This document shows positions 52,278 through 62,473 of a stretch of DNA of 64,000 nucleotides, piece by piece. This DNA comes from Flavobacteriales bacterium (lineage in GTDB: Bacteria > Bacteroidota > Bacteroidia > Flavobacteriales_F > PHOS-HE28). The notes under the pieces were generated by a model. It ran no database searches and was not told where the DNA came from. It saw only the letters and a list, made by a program, of their open reading frames with translations. The position numbers and the translations under genes were made by a program. Location: NCBI GenBank assembly GCA_019638085.1, contig JAHBUL010000004.1:102444-166443 (forward strand). The letters are read 5' to 3'. How positions within the stretch are numbered: position 1 is the stretch's first letter; each line of letters begins with the position of its first letter.

Positions 52278-52843
52278 TCCGATCAACATTCGTATTGCTA
52301 CTCTCACTGGCCATGATCATCGCGGCCCAAGCGCAGGACAGTACGGCATACGTGCAGGAGGAGCCCGCCAAAAAAGCCATCCCCCTCAAGGACCGCATCT
52401 GGTTCGGCGGTGGGATCGGATTGAGCTTCGGCACGGTGACCGCCGTGCAATTGGACCCGCTGGTCGGCATCTATTTGGATCGGCCACGTAAAGTGTCGGC
52501 CGGTCTCGGTCCCAGCTATACCTATTATCAGGACAATCGATATGCCCCCCCCTTTAAGCTCAGTTCTTACGGCTACAGGGTCTTCACACGGTATCGGGTG
52601 ATCGAGCAGGCCTTTCTGCATGCGGAATTCCTTCACCTGAACACGGAGCCCTTCTACAACTGGGATAATAACCTGGGACGGATCTGGGTGCCACACTTGC
52701 TGGTAGGCGCAGGCTACGTGCAGCCGATCAGTCCGCGTAGCTCATTTTACATACAGGTATTGTTCGAGGTCCTGCAGGATCCGAACAGCATCTATTACGC
52801 CACGGGCCCCATTTTCAGTGGTGGAGTGGGGATCGGCTTTTAG
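52274..52843 (+). CDS. putative small outer-membrane beta-barrel protein (signal peptide, C-terminal aromatic)
   Basis: Start ATG overlaps the previous stop (ATGA). MIRSTFVLLLSLAMIIAAQAQ signal. C-terminus ...GGVGIGF. Confidence 0.45.
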   Translation: MIRSTFVLLLSLAMIIAAQAQDSTAYVQEEPAKKAIPLKDRIWFGGGIGLSFGTVTAVQLDPLVGIYLDRPRKVSAGLGPSYTYYQDNRYAPPFKLSSYGYRVFTRYRVIEQAFLHAEFLHLNTEPFYNWDNNLGRIWVPHLLVGAGYVQPISPRSSFYIQVLFEVLQDPNSIYYATGPIFSGGVGIGF

Positions 52844-52883
52844 CCCTCCATGAGCGAGAAACGAATACGGGAAGCAGTACCCA

Positions 52884-52923
52884 CCAATGCAAAAGCCCAC
52901 CGTTCGGCGGGCTTTTGCATTGG
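52884..52923. terminator. bidirectional rho-independent terminator (GC stem GCCCRCCG/CGGYGGGC flanked by A4/T4 tracts) serving the + strand gene and ssrA
   Basis: ccaatgcaaaagcccaccgttcggcgggcttttgcattgg. The right arm overlaps the tmRNA 3' CCA. Confidence 0.6.
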
Positions 52924-53319
52924 TGGAGCCGGAGGGATTCGAACCCTCGTCCAAACGACCGTACCACGAGCTTTCCACATGCTTCTTCCTTCGTTGGTTT
53001 TCGAAAGCCAGCCGGGAAAGGACACCCTACTGACAACTTAGGTCCTGTTTTCTCATCAGCGCTTCGGACCACCGCGCTGACCAGCTTCCCATGATGATAC
53101 CCCTGGGCCGGGAAGGAGGGTTGCGGGCCTCCCCGAGGGGTACTTGCCCCCGCTACTGTTGTTCACGGGGTAAAGCTTCATAGCCTTGGGCTATTAAGCA
53201 GCAAGTGCGTACTCAGTGTTGCCGGTTAAGGCTTGAAGATCGAGATTTAAGAGCGTCATCCTCAATGCTCTGCATGCTTACACGCACTACGTAGCCGCTG
53301 TCGAAACCATGTCGGCCCC
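52921..53319 (-). ncRNA. ssrA: tmRNA (ssrA), ~399 nt including encoded CCA; predicted tag (A)GNTEYALAA
   Basis: Minus-strand 5' end GGGGCCGACAUGGUUUCGACAGCGG (compare E. coli GGGGCUGAUUCUGGAUUCGACGGG). 3' end GAGGGUUCGAAUCCCUCCGGCUCCACCA: tRNA-Ala-like T-arm and acceptor with a G3:U wobble. Internal ORF GGC AAC ACT GAG TAC GCA CTT GCT GCT TAA TAG. Confidence 0.85.
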
Positions 53320-53348
53320 AAGATCGGTTGTGCTTTCAAAGAACAGTG

Positions 53349-53356
53349 CAAAGATA
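53349..53356 (-). promoter_or_regulatory. candidate -7 element TATCTTTG (TAnnTTTG) ~30 nt upstream of the tmRNA 5' end
   Basis: Reverse complement of caaagata on the + strand. Precursor processing by RNase P would remove the leader. Confidence 0.3.
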
Positions 53357-53552
53357 CGCATTACACGGCGAAATGCAGTACTGGCAAGGATCTGGAGCCA
53401 TCTCGAAAGTGGCTACCCATGCAGGTATGGATCCTTAAAGCCCTGCCAATGGATATCCCCAATGAGATAACGACCACCGGCACGATCACGCTTTATCCAT
53501 ATGTGTGACCCCCTCATCCACAAGTTCTACTTTCGCGGCCGCAATAGATCCC

Positions 53553-54767
53553 ATGTTCAAAAAGATCGGTCTTCTCCGCGAGGGCAAAACACCTCCGGAC
53601 CGTCGGGTACCACTTACCCCAAAACAATGCCGCGAAGCCATGCTTCAAGGCATCGACATGGCTGTGCAGCGAAGTCCGGTGCGCGCCTATACGGATGCCG
53701 AATACACCGCCTTGGATGTGCGCGTGACCGAAGACCTAACGGATCGGGAGCTTTTGATCGGCATAAAGGAGGTGCCCTTGGACATGCTCATGGCTGACAA
53801 GGCCTATCTCTTCTTCTCCCATACGATCAAGCAACAACCGTACAATGCTGCGCTGTTGCATACCGTTCTGGAACGACGCATCACGCTGATCGACCATGAA
53901 CTCCTCACGGCCCCCAACGGGAAGCGGGTGCTGGCGTTCGGGAAGTGGGCCGGTGTGGTGGGTGCGTACAATGGACTTCGGGCATGGGAGATCGCTCAAG
54001 GGAAAAAGATCACATTACGCCCCGCTCATGAATGCCATGATCGCATAGAGATGGACCAGCATCTGGACGAATTCCCCATACCCAAGGATCTACGGATCGT
54101 ATTGACCGGAACCGGCAGGGTCGGGCATGGTGCGATGGAAACGCTCGACCGGGCCGGCTTGACCAAGGTGTCCCCGGAGGAATTCCTGAACAAGAGCTTC
54201 GATGGCCCGGTGTACACGGTCCTGGGCAGTTCGGACCTCTATGTCCGGGCTGATGGGCAAACCTTTGACCGGGACGCATTCCATGCGGATCCCCGTGGAC
54301 ACCGTGCTGAGTTCCTGCCCTTTGCAAAACGTGCACATATCTATATCGCCTGCCACTTCTGGGATGCACGTGGACCAAAGATCCTCACGGCAGATGACCT
54401 TCGCGAACCCGGAGTTGGATTGAAGGTGGTGGCCGATATCAGTTGCGACATCGATGGGCCCATCGATAGCACGCTGCGTGCAAGCACCATCGCTGACCCG
54501 TTCTTCGGTTATGACATCGCAACTGGAGAAGAATGTGCAGTAGGCGCACCCGGCAGCATTACCGTAATGTCCGTGGATAACCTTCCGGCCGAACTGCCCC
54601 GTGATTCCTCCAAGTCATTCGGGCAGGACCTGATGAGCAATGTGATGCCTCATCTTACCGGGAATGATGGTGAAGGAATGATCGAACGGGCCACCATCGC
54701 CAAGGGAGGTCGGCTCACAGAGCACTATACCTATCTCGCGAATTACGCGGCTGGAGGAGCGGTCTGA
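53553..54767 (+). CDS. NAD(P)-dependent oxidoreductase of the alanine-dehydrogenase/PNT, saccharopine-dehydrogenase-like family
   Basis: Start at internal ATG (MFKKIGLLREGK...). Rossmann motif ...VLTGTGRVGHGAMETL... Confidence 0.65.
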   Translation: MFKKIGLLREGKTPPDRRVPLTPKQCREAMLQGIDMAVQRSPVRAYTDAEYTALDVRVTEDLTDRELLIGIKEVPLDMLMADKAYLFFSHTIKQQPYNAALLHTVLERRITLIDHELLTAPNGKRVLAFGKWAGVVGAYNGLRAWEIAQGKKITLRPAHECHDRIEMDQHLDEFPIPKDLRIVLTGTGRVGHGAMETLDRAGLTKVSPEEFLNKSFDGPVYTVLGSSDLYVRADGQTFDRDAFHADPRGHRAEFLPFAKRAHIYIACHFWDARGPKILTADDLREPGVGLKVVADISCDIDGPIDSTLRASTIADPFFGYDIATGEECAVGAPGSITVMSVDNLPAELPRDSSKSFGQDLMSNVMPHLTGNDGEGMIERATIAKGGRLTEHYTYLANYAAGGAV

Positions 54768-54895
54768 TACGTGGTTGAGCTAGTGACGGGAGCAGGCCTT
54801 GTGCCGTTCCTTGTATGCGGATGACCGATGGTGGACCATGGTATGGTCGGATCAAGTGTGCGATTACCTTCACACTCGAACATTCCCGCTCCAAC

Positions 54896-57811
54896 ATGAC
54901 CACAAGGCACTTCCCTTTGCTCTTTGTTGTGATCACCACGCTATCCCTGTCCTGCGCCCCATCGCTTTTTGCGCAGACAACGATCCAGATCGGTCATGGT
55001 ACAGTGTTGAACAATGCGTTCCTATCCCCTTCGCCCTATCCCAACGTGCAACCTGGCGGCCGGGTGCAGATGCTCTTCCCTGCGGGAGAACTCCAGGGAG
55101 CGGGAATGAGCGCCGGTACGGTCTCAGCGATCGGGTTCGATGTCTTCGCACCCTCCGGTACCACGCTGAGCAATTACGTCATCCGTATGGGCACCACCGC
55201 TGCCGATGAGCTGGGGAGCAACTGGGAGACCGGCCTCACCGATGTTTGGGGTCCCGCGGACCATACCGATGTCGTGGGTTGGAACACGCACGATTTCCTT
55301 ATGCCGTTCACTTGGGATGGTATTTCCAACCTGATGGTGGAAGTCTGTGTTTACGACGGGTTCTATACGCAGAACGCCCGCGTGTTCCAAACGGAGACCA
55401 GCTATGTCAGCAGCGCATCACGCTCCTCGTTCAGCACTACGATCTGCTCGGATGGTGGCGGCGGGCTATTTCTCTTGGCGCAGCGGCCCAACGTCCGCTT
55501 CCTCTGGCTTTCACAGGACGCACCGCCGGTGGCCATGCCCACGGCAGAACCACCCTATAGCTGCGACGGGACGATCGCCTTTGCCGACACCAGCACTGTG
55601 CCCACGGACACGCAAGTCTGGGATTTCGGTGACGGGACCAATGGCTCCGGCTCGAACGTGGTACATAGCTATTCCAGTAGCGGTACCTACACGGCAACCC
55701 TCGTCTCCACCAATGCCTATGGCGTAGATACCGCCACCGTGAGCGTGACGGTGGACCTGAACGCAGTGCCACCCGTGGCAGCCTGCGATGTTCCCAGTAG
55801 CGGCAGCGTGGCCGGCTTCGGCATCCTCGATGTGACGATCCAAGGTATACAACACTCCAGCGGCGATGCCCTTTCGGAAGGCTACTTGGACAACACCTGC
55901 CAAGCGATCACAGTTGCCCAAGGCACTCCGTTGAACATATCGATCATGGTGGGAAATGCTGCTCAACAGGCCGTGCGTGCGTGGGTGGACTGGGACAATT
56001 CAGGGTCTTTCTCCGTGAATGAACTGCTGGCTTCCGGAAACGGTCCCGTGGTCAACGGCTCGATGTTGGTGCCTTCCGGGGCCGCGCTGGGGACTCCATT
56101 ACGGCTGCGCGCCATTGCAGCGTACGGCTTGGTTACCCCGGATCCTTCGCCCTGTGGCACGGTGGAGTTCGGCCAAGCGGAGGACTACACCATCATCGTG
56201 GCGCCGAACCCCGATCCACCCCTTCCCTTCTTCTCTGCCGCGCCGCTCTTTTCCTGCGATGGTTCCGTGCAGTTCAGCGACATGAGCCAGAACGCACCCA
56301 CGGCGTGGACGTGGGACTTCGGCGATGGCGGCTCCTCCAATGTGCAGAACCCATTGCACCAGTATTCGGCCAGTGGCACATATTCGGTCTCACTTCTGGC
56401 AAGCAATCCGAACGGGCAAGCCGATACACTTTTGGGTGACCTGATCACGGTGGACCTTGGCAGTATGTTGCCATCTGCAGGCTGCATCCCCAATACGCAG
56501 GCTTATTGCTGCGGCTACGGCATCCTCGGCTTCCAGTTCGAGGGCATCAACAGCGTGAGTCCTGACGGAATTGAAGGATACCAGGACCGGTCCTGCGGGA
56601 ACACCGCTTCGGTTGTGGAAGGTGAATCCTATACGTGGTCGGTGACCACGGATGCTGGGGCTCCACAGGACGTGCGGATCTGGATCGACATGGACAACAA
56701 TGGAAACTTCGGCCCGGGCGAGCTGTTGGCGACCGCGCTCAACACCATCTCTCCGAGCGGCACGGTCTCCATTCCGCCGGGTTCCGTATTCGGCACTCCG
56801 GTGCGTTTGCGTGTACAGGCCGATGTGATCGGCCAAAGCAGCGGACCTTGCGATGCCCCGTTGTATGGGCAAAGCGAGGATTTCAGCGCGATCATAGCGC
56901 AGAACACCGTCCCTCCCGTTGCTGCCTTCACTGCCACACCCACCGGCACATGTGACGGCCATAGCCAGTTCACGGACCTGAGCACCCATGTGCCCACGAG
57001 CTGGGCGTGGGACTTTGGTGACGGTACCACGAGCACGGAACAAAACCCGGAACATACCTATTCAAGCCTCGGTCAATACACGGTGTCGTTAACCGTCACC
57101 AACACGTTCGGGTCCGATATGGCAACCCATCCGAACTTCATCAACTACGTTCCGGACTGGGCGTGCGACACCCTCTCCATCCCTATTGTCACCGCTGGAT
57201 CCAGTACACTTTGCACCGGCCTTCTTAGTGATGATGGCGGGCCCACCAACGACTACACTCCGGGATTCAGTGAGGCTTTCGTCATCAGCCCGGTGGGGGC
57301 TGAAACCGTAACGTTGAACTTCATCCAATTCCAATGGGGAAATAATCCGAATCGCCACCTTGCGATCTATGACGGACCCAGCCCCTTCGATCCACTGCTC
57401 GCCCAGCTCACGGGCAATATGCCACCCAGTGGTCCCATTGTATCCAGCGGGCCCACCATCATGTTGCGGCAGGAACAGATCAGCGGCGGCGGCACCAGTT
57501 TTACAGGTCCCGGTTTTCTGCTCAGGTGGGAATGCTCAACCGTTGGCATCCATGAATCCGACAAAGACCCGTTCGCCAGCATTCATCCAGTACCTGCCGA
57601 CCAATGGTTCGATGTGGAACTATGGCCTGATGCTTCCAACGTGCGCACCTTGTCCGTAGTGAACGTGAACGGGCAGGTGGTGCTGGAACAGTCTGTGCCG
57701 CCGCACGGCACACGGATCCATGTGGATCGCGCTGATTGGCCGAGCGGCCCCTATGCGGTGCGCCTCCGTTCCCCTGAAGGTCAATGGGTACGTACCATCA
57801 TTATTCGCTGA
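54896..57811 (+). CDS. T9SS type A cargo protein with multiple PKD domains and GEVED domains
   Basis: Signal peptide (MTTRHFPLLFVVITTLSLSCAPSLFAQ). At least three PKD motifs (WDFGDG...YS..G.Y.V.L...N). GEVED-like (...QDVRIWIDMDNNGNFGPGELL...). C-terminal T9SS CTD (...GPYAVRLRSPEGQWVRTIIIR). Confidence 0.8.
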   Translation: MTTRHFPLLFVVITTLSLSCAPSLFAQTTIQIGHGTVLNNAFLSPSPYPNVQPGGRVQMLFPAGELQGAGMSAGTVSAIGFDVFAPSGTTLSNYVIRMGTTAADELGSNWETGLTDVWGPADHTDVVGWNTHDFLMPFTWDGISNLMVEVCVYDGFYTQNARVFQTETSYVSSASRSSFSTTICSDGGGGLFLLAQRPNVRFLWLSQDAPPVAMPTAEPPYSCDGTIAFADTSTVPTDTQVWDFGDGTNGSGSNVVHSYSSSGTYTATLVSTNAYGVDTATVSVTVDLNAVPPVAACDVPSSGSVAGFGILDVTIQGIQHSSGDALSEGYLDNTCQAITVAQGTPLNISIMVGNAAQQAVRAWVDWDNSGSFSVNELLASGNGPVVNGSMLVPSGAALGTPLRLRAIAAYGLVTPDPSPCGTVEFGQAEDYTIIVAPNPDPPLPFFSAAPLFSCDGSVQFSDMSQNAPTAWTWDFGDGGSSNVQNPLHQYSASGTYSVSLLASNPNGQADTLLGDLITVDLGSMLPSAGCIPNTQAYCCGYGILGFQFEGINSVSPDGIEGYQDRSCGNTASVVEGESYTWSVTTDAGAPQDVRIWIDMDNNGNFGPGELLATALNTISPSGTVSIPPGSVFGTPVRLRVQADVIGQSSGPCDAPLYGQSEDFSAIIAQNTVPPVAAFTATPTGTCDGHSQFTDLSTHVPTSWAWDFGDGTTSTEQNPEHTYSSLGQYTVSLTVTNTFGSDMATHPNFINYVPDWACDTLSIPIVTAGSSTLCTGLLSDDGGPTNDYTPGFSEAFVISPVGAETVTLNFIQFQWGNNPNRHLAIYDGPSPFDPLLAQLTGNMPPSGPIVSSGPTIMLRQEQISGGGTSFTGPGFLLRWECSTVGIHESDKDPFASIHPVPADQWFDVELWPDASNVRTLSVVNVNGQVVLEQSVPPHGTRIHVDRADWPSGPYAVRLRSPEGQWVRTIIIR

Positions 57812-57827
57812 CCCGATGGGAGTACCC

Positions 57828-60800
57828 ATGAACCTATTGAAAGCGGCAGTGATCGGCATCGCCATGATGCTTTGCACCACGGTAAAGGCCTCGCATATCC
57901 TGGGCGGCAACATCGGCTATACCTACTTGGGCGAAACCGCACCTGGAAGCCAGATGTACCGCTACCGGATCACCATGCAGCTCTACCTCAACTGCGGCAT
58001 GGACAGCAACTATCCCACCTTGGCTTCGCTGCTGAACTTGAACGCTGGCAACGTGCCTGTGGGTGTTTACACCGAGGACCCATCCGTGCCCAACGTCAAC
58101 AAAGTGCGGTACACCACGGTGAACCTGACCCTAACCGACAGCATGTTGATCATGCCTGAGCTACCCGACGGTTGCACCATGGGCGCGGGCCTGTGTACGA
58201 AACTGGGTGAGATCACCGGCCTGGTGGACCTTCCCCTGAACTTCGGTGGCTATCACCTGTATTTCCAGATGAACGCGCGCAACAACACCATTCTCAACCT
58301 CTTCGATCCAGGTGATACGGGCATTGGCTTCTACGCGTTCATTCCTCCTCCACTGGTAAACAACTCCTCCCCCATTTGGCTTGGTTCACCCACTCCGATG
58401 TTGTGTATTGGTGACACCAGTACATTCATCAACAGTGCCACGGACCCGGACGGTGACCAGCTGATCTTCTCCTTCGTAACACCGTACAGCAGTGTTGGAC
58501 CTGGCGGCGGCATCATCCAACCGCCCACAACCCTGCCCGTTCCCATTCCGCCGGTAAACTACCTTCCCGGTTTCGGCGTGGCCCAGCCCTTCGGAGCAGG
58601 CAGCTATGCGTTCATCAACGGGGCCACCGGCCTCACGCGCTACGTGCCGCCCCAGCAAGGCAATTACGCTGTTGCCGTGGAAGTGAAGGAGTATAGGAAT
58701 GGCGTGCTCATCGGCCGAACCAGGCGAGACCTCCAACTCCAAGCCGTGGTGTGCCCGCCCAATGATGCACCCGTGGCCTCCGTGGCACAGCCGCTATCTT
58801 ACACTGTGCAGGCAGGCGACAACCTCTGCTTCCCCCTCAGCTTCCAGGACCCCAATGGCGATTCCCTCCACCTCACCGCGAGCGGTACCATTTTCGACGG
58901 AGCGCTCTATGATCCGCCAGCTACGATCACAGCACCTGTACATGGGGTTGGCTCGCTATCAACCACCTTCTGCTGGAACACCGATTGTGCACAAGCCCAA
59001 ACCCAACCCTATCTCTTCAGTGTGAGCGTGAATGACAATGGGTGCCCACCCCGCACCGTGGACGTCGTATACCAGGTAAACGTGCTCGGCTTCGCTGGAC
59101 CAACGGCCATCAGCGGACCATCGCAAGTGTGCCCCGGACAGGACGCGGTCACCTATTCCACAACGGTCATCAGCAATATCACCTACGCGTGGGCGGTGAC
59201 CGGCGGCACGATCCTTTCCGGGCAAGGCTCCAATTCGATCACCGTACAATGGGGTACCACAGGGTCCGGTACGGTTTCGGTGAATGCAACGAATGCACAG
59301 GGTTGCGCGAGCCCGTTGGTGAGCGTGCCGGTTACCGTGGTGCCCCAACCTGTGGCGAACGCGGGAGCGGACCAGATCGTCTGTCCGGGAACGATGGTCA
59401 CTTTAGGCGGTGTGCCCACCGGAGCGCCGGGAAGCAGCTTCGCGTGGATACCGGCAACCGGACTCAGCAATGCAAGTGCCGCGAACCCGACCACCATGGC
59501 CACAGGGACCACGGACTATGTCGTCCAAGTGACAACCAACGGATGTACCACCAGCGATACGATGCGCGTGACCGTGAGCCATCCGGATGTGACCACCGGC
59601 GCGGACGTGGCCATCTGTGCGGGCAACGGTACACAGTTGAACGCCTTGGGGCTTGGAAACATCCAGTGGTCACCAGTCACGGGGCTCAGCAGTATTACCA
59701 TCCCTAACCCGGTGGCGTCACCGGTGGTCACCACCACGTACACCGCGACCTTGACGGATAGCGTGGGCTGCGTGGCTGCGGACAGCCTTACGGTGACGGT
59801 GAACCCGTTGCCCACCGCCAATGCGGGAGCCGACCAAACACCCTGCGAGAACACCACGACCGTTCTTGGAGGAACGCCCACAGGTCCTCCGGGAAGCATC
59901 TTCGCGTGGACACCGGCAACCGGGCTTGACAATGCCGCCAGTGCAAACCCCACGCTCCTTGTGACCGGCAGCAGCACCTACACTGTTACCGTTACCAGTG
60001 CCGACCAATGCATAGCCACCGACGCAGTGGCCATCATCGTCCTGCCACAGCCCACCGTGGACGCGGGCCCCGACTTCACCGTTTGTTCAGGCGACAGCGT
60101 GCAGTTGCAAGGTTCGGGAAGCGGCGCACTGATCTGGACACCGGCCTTCGGGTTGAGCGATCCTTCGGTACCCGACCCGATATGCCTTCCGGAAGCGACG
60201 ATCACGTATACACATACCGTCACCGGGGTGAACGCTTGCACCAACTCCGATCAAACCACCGTAACGGTGAGCGTACTGCCCAATGCCAATGCCGGTGTGG
60301 ATCGCACGATCTGCGCCGGGGACAGTGTATCGATCGGGACAGCCGGACCCGGCACCTTCGTTTGGAGTCCTGCCACCGGCCTCAGTTCCCAAAGTTCGGC
60401 CACACCGATGGCCTCACCTGCCACCACTACCACATACACCGTGACCTTGACGGACGTGCTCACCTGTGCCGGGCAGGACTCCATGACGGTGACGGTGATC
60501 CCGCATGGTTCAGCTGGTGATGATGGAGCGCTCTCCATCTGCGCAAGCGGAACGGCAACTTCATTGTTCAACGCATTGGGAGGCAATCCGAGTGCCGGTG
60601 GCCAATGGCTGGACCCGAGCATGACCACGCACGGTTCCACCATGGACCCGGGTACAGACCCGGACGGCACGTACACCTACGTAGTGGATGCAGGTTCCCA
60701 ATGCGCCGATAGTTCAATGGTCCAGGTGATGATCACCTCACCCGCTGTGTCGATCACGGGCACCGACCAGTTCTGCTCCGGCGATAGCACGCAGCTTACG

Positions 60801-62420
60801 GCGACCGGAGGAGTGCAATATGTTTGGTCACCTTCGGCCGGTGTGAGCGACACCGGTATTTCCGCGCCCTATTTCACGCCTTCCAGCACCACCGAGTACA
60901 GCGTGCTGGTAACGGATACTGCGGGTTGCTCCGCGTCGGCGCAGGTCAGTGTAACGGTACTGCCCTTGCCCGCCGTGGATGCCGGTGCCGACAATATGGT
61001 CTGTGCAGGTGCGGCTACGCCGATCGGTGGAAACCCGACCAGTGCTACCGGCATCAGCTTCACCTGGCTACCCGCTGTGGGCCTTGACGATGCCAGTACC
61101 TCCAACCCCATGGCCACACCCATGACAAGCACAGTGTATACCGTGATCGTAAACGATGCGAACGCCTGCTCTGCCATGGATAGCATCACCGTGACAGTGG
61201 TCCCGCTTCCCGTTCTCGACAGCGGGCCGGACACGGCCTTCTGTGCGGGAGGATCCGTGCAACTCGGTGCCTCGGGCACTGGTAGTTTCAGCTGGCTGCC
61301 CACATCCGATCTAAGCAACCCTGGAGTTAGTGCCCCTGTGGCATCGCCGCAGAGTACAACGGTCTATACGGTTACGCTTACCGATGCCAACAATTGTACG
61401 GCCAGTGCTTCTGTAACCGTGTCGGTGGATCCACTTCCCGCAGTGGAGGCCGGCACAGACACGTGGCTCTGCTTGGGATCCACCGTAGCCTTGGCCGGAA
61501 CCGGGGATGCAGGAAGCTATTCTTGGCAGCCAATGGGCCTATTGAACGACCCGACCTCCCCGACCCCATTGGCCACACCCGCGAGCAGCACAACCTTCGT
61601 GCTCGTGATCACCGACGCGAACGGATGTTCCGCCAATGACTCGGTACATGTGACCGTTGGTACCGACCCGCCGATCGATGCCGGGCCGGACCAGCAGACC
61701 TGCGCAAGCACAGCCGTTTTCCTTGGCGGATCGCCCACCAGTGTTCCGGGCAGCAGCTACCAGTGGACACCGGCCACCGGCCTTGACGATCCTGCCAGCG
61801 CCAATCCATCGGCCTCGCCCACGGCTACAACCACATACACGCTCACGGTTTCCAATGATACATGTACCAGCACCGCCTCGGTGATCATCGGCATCAGCTC
61901 CCAGGGCCAAGCGGGGTTCCGGTGGCGGCTGGAACCGGGCTGCGACGCACTGCGTGCCTTCCTTACGGACTCCAGCAGCGCGGCGGTGGCTTGGCATTGG
62001 GATCTCGGACAGGGGAACACGGCCAATACCGCCAATGCACAGACCTTCATCCCTTACGGCCAGAACACACTGATCACCCTCACCATCACCGATGCGGCAG
62101 GTTGTACGGACAGTACGAGCCACCTCTTCAGCCCGGCGACCTACAACGATGAGGTCCAAGTGAACCTCCCCAATGTGTTCACCCCGAACAACGACGGCAT
62201 GAACGACCTGTTCACCTTGGGCACCGAGGCCTTCCTCGGGCCATGCGCAACCATGCAAGTGATGAACCGATGGGGCCAAGCCATGTTCGTGAGCAACGGC
62301 AACAACCTGGGATGGGACGGACGAACCCCAAGCGGTATTCCCGCCGCGGAAGGCACCTACTTCTATGTGATCAAAGTGAAGGACCTCACGTTCCAAGGCA
62401 CGGTAACGCTCAGTCGCTAA
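57828..62420 (+). CDS. giant repetitive cell-surface adhesin-like protein with T9SS type B (gliding-motility-associated) C-terminal domain, SprB-like
   Basis: Signal peptide MNLLKAAVIGIAMMLCTTVKA. ~12 tandem ~78-aa repeats. C-terminus ...NVFTPNNDGMNDLFTLG...WGQAMF...GTYFYVIKV matches the type B CTD. Confidence 0.8.
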   Translation: MNLLKAAVIGIAMMLCTTVKASHILGGNIGYTYLGETAPGSQMYRYRITMQLYLNCGMDSNYPTLASLLNLNAGNVPVGVYTEDPSVPNVNKVRYTTVNLTLTDSMLIMPELPDGCTMGAGLCTKLGEITGLVDLPLNFGGYHLYFQMNARNNTILNLFDPGDTGIGFYAFIPPPLVNNSSPIWLGSPTPMLCIGDTSTFINSATDPDGDQLIFSFVTPYSSVGPGGGIIQPPTTLPVPIPPVNYLPGFGVAQPFGAGSYAFINGATGLTRYVPPQQGNYAVAVEVKEYRNGVLIGRTRRDLQLQAVVCPPNDAPVASVAQPLSYTVQAGDNLCFPLSFQDPNGDSLHLTASGTIFDGALYDPPATITAPVHGVGSLSTTFCWNTDCAQAQTQPYLFSVSVNDNGCPPRTVDVVYQVNVLGFAGPTAISGPSQVCPGQDAVTYSTTVISNITYAWAVTGGTILSGQGSNSITVQWGTTGSGTVSVNATNAQGCASPLVSVPVTVVPQPVANAGADQIVCPGTMVTLGGVPTGAPGSSFAWIPATGLSNASAANPTTMATGTTDYVVQVTTNGCTTSDTMRVTVSHPDVTTGADVAICAGNGTQLNALGLGNIQWSPVTGLSSITIPNPVASPVVTTTYTATLTDSVGCVAADSLTVTVNPLPTANAGADQTPCENTTTVLGGTPTGPPGSIFAWTPATGLDNAASANPTLLVTGSSTYTVTVTSADQCIATDAVAIIVLPQPTVDAGPDFTVCSGDSVQLQGSGSGALIWTPAFGLSDPSVPDPICLPEATITYTHTVTGVNACTNSDQTTVTVSVLPNANAGVDRTICAGDSVSIGTAGPGTFVWSPATGLSSQSSATPMASPATTTTYTVTLTDVLTCAGQDSMTVTVIPHGSAGDDGALSICASGTATSLFNALGGNPSAGGQWLDPSMTTHGSTMDPGTDPDGTYTYVVDAGSQCADSSMVQVMITSPAVSITGTDQFCSGDSTQLTATGGVQYVWSPSAGVSDTGISAPYFTPSSTTEYSVLVTDTAGCSASAQVSVTVLPLPAVDAGADNMVCAGAATPIGGNPTSATGISFTWLPAVGLDDASTSNPMATPMTSTVYTVIVNDANACSAMDSITVTVVPLPVLDSGPDTAFCAGGSVQLGASGTGSFSWLPTSDLSNPGVSAPVASPQSTTVYTVTLTDANNCTASASVTVSVDPLPAVEAGTDTWLCLGSTVALAGTGDAGSYSWQPMGLLNDPTSPTPLATPASSTTFVLVITDANGCSANDSVHVTVGTDPPIDAGPDQQTCASTAVFLGGSPTSVPGSSYQWTPATGLDDPASANPSASPTATTTYTLTVSNDTCTSTASVIIGISSQGQAGFRWRLEPGCDALRAFLTDSSSAAVAWHWDLGQGNTANTANAQTFIPYGQNTLITLTITDAAGCTDSTSHLFSPATYNDEVQVNLPNVFTPNNDGMNDLFTLGTEAFLGPCATMQVMNRWGQAMFVSNGNNLGWDGRTPSGIPAAEGTYFYVIKVKDLTFQGTVTLSR
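59343..61890 (+). repeat. intragenic tandem array of ~12 divergent ~230-nt (78-aa) coding repeats (consensus ...P.AnAG.DqtiC.G..v.LgG......g..f.W.Pa.GL....a.nPt..p...ttYtvtvtd..gC...d...v.V...)
   Basis: Recurrent AGADQ/AGPD/AGVD and TTYTVT motifs in the translated adhesin. Explains the many antisense ORFs predicted here. Confidence 0.6.
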
Positions 62421-62473
62421 CTGCAGCCCGATGCTCGGACAGAGCGTCCTGCTCGTGCAGGTTCAGGCTGCAG
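62421..62473. terminator. inverted repeat CTGCAGCC-N37-GGCTGCAG between convergent adhesin and kinase-like genes; putative bidirectional terminator
   Basis: 8-bp arms with internal secondary pairing (gagcgtcctgctc). The right arm overlaps the last codons of the minus-strand gene. Confidence 0.3.

Noticed and set aside
52921-53000. possible canonical tRNA, based on the tRNA-like T-arm and CCA end
   Set aside because: No complementary 5' acceptor strand or D/anticodon arms within ~80 nt. The 5' partner GGGGCCG lies ~390 nt away, so this is the 3' tRNA-like domain of tmRNA.
52843-53553. genomic island or integrase at the tmRNA locus
   Set aside because: No integrase, transposase or direct repeat of the tmRNA 3' end is seen. 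The flanking genes are ordinary chromosomal genes.
59343-61890. possible CRISPR-like periodic repeat
   Set aside because: Units are ~230 nt, divergent, in-frame and coding (Ig-like adhesin repeats). There are no short identical direct repeats with unique spacers and no cas genes.
61539-62396. 285-aa and other ORFs within 58300..62400 on the - strand
   Set aside because: By-products of the repetitive, GC-rich adhesin coding repeats. The + strand frame has a signal peptide and T9SS CTD.
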